From the NCBI GenBank assembly GCA_002353935.1, contig DEKP01000043.1, positions 1-58,555 on the forward strand: a stretch of 58,555 nt of DNA, given 5' to 3'. The notes beneath the pieces are model-generated. The model ran no database searches, was not told the origin of the DNA, and saw only the letters and a program-made list of their open reading frames with translations. This DNA is from Ruminococcaceae bacterium UBA2719 (GTDB taxonomy: Bacteria; Bacillota; Clostridia; Oscillospirales; Acutalibacteraceae). Positions within the stretch are counted from its first letter, which is position 1. The number at the start of each line of letters is the position of its first letter. Shown one piece after another: positions 55,347 through 58,555 of the stretch. Both the position numbers and the translations under genes were made by a program.

Positions 55347-57424
55347 AAAAAATAGAGATACTTGCCCCTTGCGGAAGTATGGAAAGTGTGGCTGCTGCCG
55401 TAAGAGGCGGAAGCAATGCGATATATATAGGGGCAAAGAAATTTTCAGCTCGCGCTTTTTCTGAAAATTTTGATGAAGAAGAAATCAAAACCTGTGTAGA
55501 ATACTGCCACCGGCGAGATGTAAAGGTATATTTAGCGCTAAATACCCTTATTTTTGACGATGAAATGAACTTAGCTTTATCTGTTGCTAAAGCTGCCGCA
55601 AAATGTGATATTGACGCGGTTATTGTCCAGGATTTGGGACTTTCTATGCTGATAAAAAAAGCAGTACCTGAGCTTGCGCTTCATGCGTCAACCCAGATGA
55701 GTGTACACACAAAATACGGAGCAAAGGCTATGTATGAGCTGGGATTTAAACGGGTAGTATTAGCGCGTGAGTTAAGCTCAAAAGAGATAAAAGAGATTCA
55801 TGATTTTTGCCCCGAGATAGAGCTCGAAGTTTTTGTTCACGGAGCTTTGTGCTTTTGTTTATCGGGGCAATGTTATTTTTCGGCTATGCTAGGAGGAAGG
55901 AGCGCAAACAGAGGAAGATGCGCTCAGCCCTGCCGTTTGCCTTTTAAATTTAAATCTGCCGATCATGCGTTGAGCTTAAAAGACAATTCTATAATTTCTT
56001 ATCTTAATGAATTGGAAAATATAGGGGTGACGAGCGCAAAAATTGAGGGCAGAATGAAACGCCCCGAGTATGTTTACTCGGCAGCTCGTGCCTGTAAAGA
56101 GCAGCGCGATTTTGGTATGATCACTCCAGATACAAGAAAAAATTTAGACGCAGTTTTTTCTCGTACAGGCTTTACAGATGGTTATTATACGTCAAATTTG
56201 GGTTATGATATGTTTGGCTACAGAAAAAAACAGGATGTCGTTGCCGCTGATGAGAAAACGCTGAAAACTATCAGAAATTTATATAAAGATGAAATAAAAA
56301 AACTGCCGTTAACTTTTAATTTGGAATTAAAAATCGGCGAGCTTCCAAAATTAACCGCTAAAGATGATTTAAATCTTGTAGAGCTTTTTGGAGATACTCC
56401 TGCTCAAAAAGGAGAAAATGTAACGCTCTATTCTAACAATGCGGAAGAAAGCCTGAAAAAAATCGGAAGCACACCATATTATATAGAAAAAATCACATGT
56501 AATATTGAAAGCGGAGTTTATGTAAAAGCTTCAACGCTAAATAAATTAAGACGTGAAGCAATCGAAAAATTACAAAATATTCGATCTAAACAAAACAATT
56601 ATCCTATCATTGATATTAATATCAACAGCTTGTTAGAAAAAGAAAAAACCATTGAACAAAATAGCGTTATAGGCAAATACGCTTGTGTAAATTCTTTGGA
56701 GAATATAGAAAAACTTTGCAATTTTGATAAGATCTTTGTAAATATTTTTGCTCTTGATGATCAAGAAAAAATAAAAGAGTTACAAGCAAAGGGCTTAAGC
56801 ATTGCAGTGTTAACACCGCGCGCACTTTTTAATATTGAAGATAAGGTAATCAGCCAACTGAAAAAACTGAAAGCTATTGGAATCAACGATGTTATGGTGC
56901 AGAATATAGCGGCTTTTTATTTTTCAAAAAAGCTTGAGATGAATGTTCACCTTGGGTTTTCTATGAACGTAACAAATTCTTTTTCGATATTGTTTTTTAA
57001 AAAATTAGGGGTAAAAACCTGTGAACTTTCTATTGAAATAGACTTAAAAAGAACTGAAAAACTTTTTCATTTTATGCCTCTGGGGATAGTTGAATACGGA
57101 TATTTGCCGTTGATGATTTCTCGCTTATGTCCTGCAAGAGCAGCGGGACAAAATTGCAAAACTTGCAAAAAACAAGTGGTTTTGCAAGACCGAAAAGGAA
57201 TAAAATTCGAGGTATTATGTCATAAAAATACGGTGGAAATATTAAACAGCGTGCCACTCTTTTTGCCTCAAAAGATTTATAATGGTGCAAAACCCGATTT
57301 TACAGTTTTTCGCTTTTTTGTGGAAAACTCTGTGGAAAACAAGGAAAAAATCCTTGAAAATTTAAGCAAAAATCTAAAAAACAATAGTTTTACACATGGT
57401 TTGTATAACAGGGGTGTTAAATAA
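55343..57424 (+). CDS. Peptidase U32 family protein (collagenase-like, possibly RNA-modification RlhA-type)
   Basis: N-terminal U32 TIM-barrel signature (EILAPCGS...AIYIG); Cys cluster CPARAAGQNCKTCKK near the C-terminus; 693 aa. Confidence 0.85.
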   Translation: MKKIEILAPCGSMESVAAAVRGGSNAIYIGAKKFSARAFSENFDEEEIKTCVEYCHRRDVKVYLALNTLIFDDEMNLALSVAKAAAKCDIDAVIVQDLGLSMLIKKAVPELALHASTQMSVHTKYGAKAMYELGFKRVVLARELSSKEIKEIHDFCPEIELEVFVHGALCFCLSGQCYFSAMLGGRSANRGRCAQPCRLPFKFKSADHALSLKDNSIISYLNELENIGVTSAKIEGRMKRPEYVYSAARACKEQRDFGMITPDTRKNLDAVFSRTGFTDGYYTSNLGYDMFGYRKKQDVVAADEKTLKTIRNLYKDEIKKLPLTFNLELKIGELPKLTAKDDLNLVELFGDTPAQKGENVTLYSNNAEESLKKIGSTPYYIEKITCNIESGVYVKASTLNKLRREAIEKLQNIRSKQNNYPIIDININSLLEKEKTIEQNSVIGKYACVNSLENIEKLCNFDKIFVNIFALDDQEKIKELQAKGLSIAVLTPRALFNIEDKVISQLKKLKAIGINDVMVQNIAAFYFSKKLEMNVHLGFSMNVTNSFSILFFKKLGVKTCELSIEIDLKRTEKLFHFMPLGIVEYGYLPLMISRLCPARAAGQNCKTCKKQVVLQDRKGIKFEVLCHKNTVEILNSVPLFLPQKIYNGAKPDFTVFRFFVENSVENKEKILENLSKNLKNNSFTHGLYNRGVK

Positions 57425-57597
57425 TTCACAATCTTTTAAAGAATTATTTATTAGAAAAAAGGAAAATTCCTTTAAGTCAATTTGGAAATAAATTACACTC
57501 TTCAACAAAAAAACAATAATTTTAAAAAATTAAAATTTTGCAAGATTATTTTTGCTTTTTGCAGGAAATCAACATAAAAAAGAAAACGGAGAATAAT

Positions 57598-58041
57598 ATG
57601 AGCGTATTAAAAATCAAGAAATTAAACGACAATGCGATTGTTCCAAACCGAGCTACACCGGGATCTGCCGGAATGGATCTTTATGCCTGTATTGACAGCG
57701 ATATAGTTATCAGTCCGAAAGAGCGGGTCTTGATTCCCACCGGAATAGCGATAGAGCTCGAGAGTTCTGATTATGTAGCCTATATTTATGCCAGAAGCGG
57801 TCTTGCTATAAAGCACGGCATTACTCTTTCCAACTGTGTGGGCGTTATAGATTCTGACTATAGAGGAGAAATAAAAGTCGGGCTGATTAATTTATCCGAT
57901 ACGCCGTATACTATAACTTCTGACGAACGAATAGCCCAAATGGTTATTTCAATGGTTGAACAACCGCAGATTATTTGTGTAGATGAACTTGAACAAACTA
58001 AGCGAGGCGAGGGCGGTTTTGGATCAACGGGGAAAAATTAA
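57598..58041 (+). CDS. dut: dUTP diphosphatase
   Basis: dUTPase motifs (AGMDLYA, RSGLA, VIDSDYRGE). Start ATG 57598 with RBS acggag; the track start at 57538 is an extension. Confidence 0.9.
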   Translation: MSVLKIKKLNDNAIVPNRATPGSAGMDLYACIDSDIVISPKERVLIPTGIAIELESSDYVAYIYARSGLAIKHGITLSNCVGVIDSDYRGEIKVGLINLSDTPYTITSDERIAQMVISMVEQPQIICVDELEQTKRGEGGFGSTGKN

Positions 58042-58145
58042 CAGTGATTAGTATAAGATGACAAAATCTTAACCAAAATAATATTGAAAACAATGTATAT
58101 ATCGTTTATACTTTAAAAAACTAAGGGTATAGAAAGGGGATTTCG

Positions 58146-58555
58146 ATGTTTTCTAAGGATATAGGTATTGATTTGGGGACTGCAAATACACTTGTATATA
58201 TGAAGGGTAAGGGCGTTGTAATGCGCGAACCTTCGGTTGTTGCCGTTGATATCAAGCGAGATATTGTGCTTGCTGTAGGCAAAGAAGCTAAAGAGATGAT
58301 CGGCAGGACTCCGGGTTCTATTGTTGCGATCAGACCGCTCAAAGACGGCGTTATAGCAGACTTCGAAATTACCGCTACGATGCTCAAGCACTTTATTCGA
58401 AGCGTAGTAAAAAGCGGATTTTTCAGCCGTCCGCGCATTGTAATATGTATTCCGTCAGGAGTAACCGAGGTTGAACGCAACGCGGTAGAAGACGCTGCGC
58501 GTCAGGCAGGCGGCAAAGAGGTTGAACTCATTGAAGAACCTATGGCGGCGGCTAT
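58146..58555 (+). CDS. mreB: Rod shape-determining protein MreB/Mbl (5' part; continues beyond window)
   Basis: [18 protein letters not shown] actin-fold phosphate-1 motif; RBS aaagggga; open to the window end. Confidence 0.85.
   Translation, partial: MFSKDIGIDLGTANTLVYMKGKGVVMREPSVVAVDIKRDIVLAVGKEAKEMIGRTPGSIVAIRPLKDGVIADFEITATMLKHFIRSVVKSGFFSRPRIVICIPSGVTEVERNAVEDAARQAGGKEVELIEEPMAAA

Overview
This is a low-GC Firmicutes (Clostridia-like) chromosomal origin region. The conserved oriC block is intact and co-linear with Bacillus. On the minus strand it runs serS, spo0J/parB, soj/parA, noc, rsmG, mnmG, mnmE, jag, yidC, yidD, rnpA and rpmH. On the plus strand it runs dnaA, dnaN, yaaA (S4), recF, remB (DUF370), gyrB and gyrA. 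The strand switch falls in the rpmH|dnaA spacer, and two perfect parS palindromes are present. Upstream of this block is an accessory/metabolic stretch. It holds lexA, a class-3 lipase, mgtE with a long structured leader, and a starch/maltodextrin utilisation set. That set is a GH13 lipoprotein with an ABC permease pair and binding protein, plus a secreted GH13 amylase carrying a CBM25/26-like module and a type-I dockerin (amylosome-type). Also there are murE, a DtxR/MntR-like regulator, divergent trxA/trxB, proBAC, guaB, and a three-gene ydjI-ydjG-ydjH-like PspA-associated module (SPFH with zinc ribbons, zinc-ribbon membrane protein, TPM domain). A cluster of FN3-repeat secreted proteins follows: two tandem paralogs with near-identical 5' ends, and a C39-like cysteine-peptidase fusion. 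Downstream of gyrA are an ATP-grasp-like protein, an extended ZapA, a U32 peptidase, dut and the start of mreB. I found no rRNA, tRNA, CRISPR or obvious mobile element. The oddities most worth follow-up are the absence of recognisable DnaA boxes around dnaA, a 400-bp GC-enriched structured non-coding segment between noc and soj, the mgtE leader, a recurring zinc-ribbon membrane-protein theme, and the FN3 paralog family.
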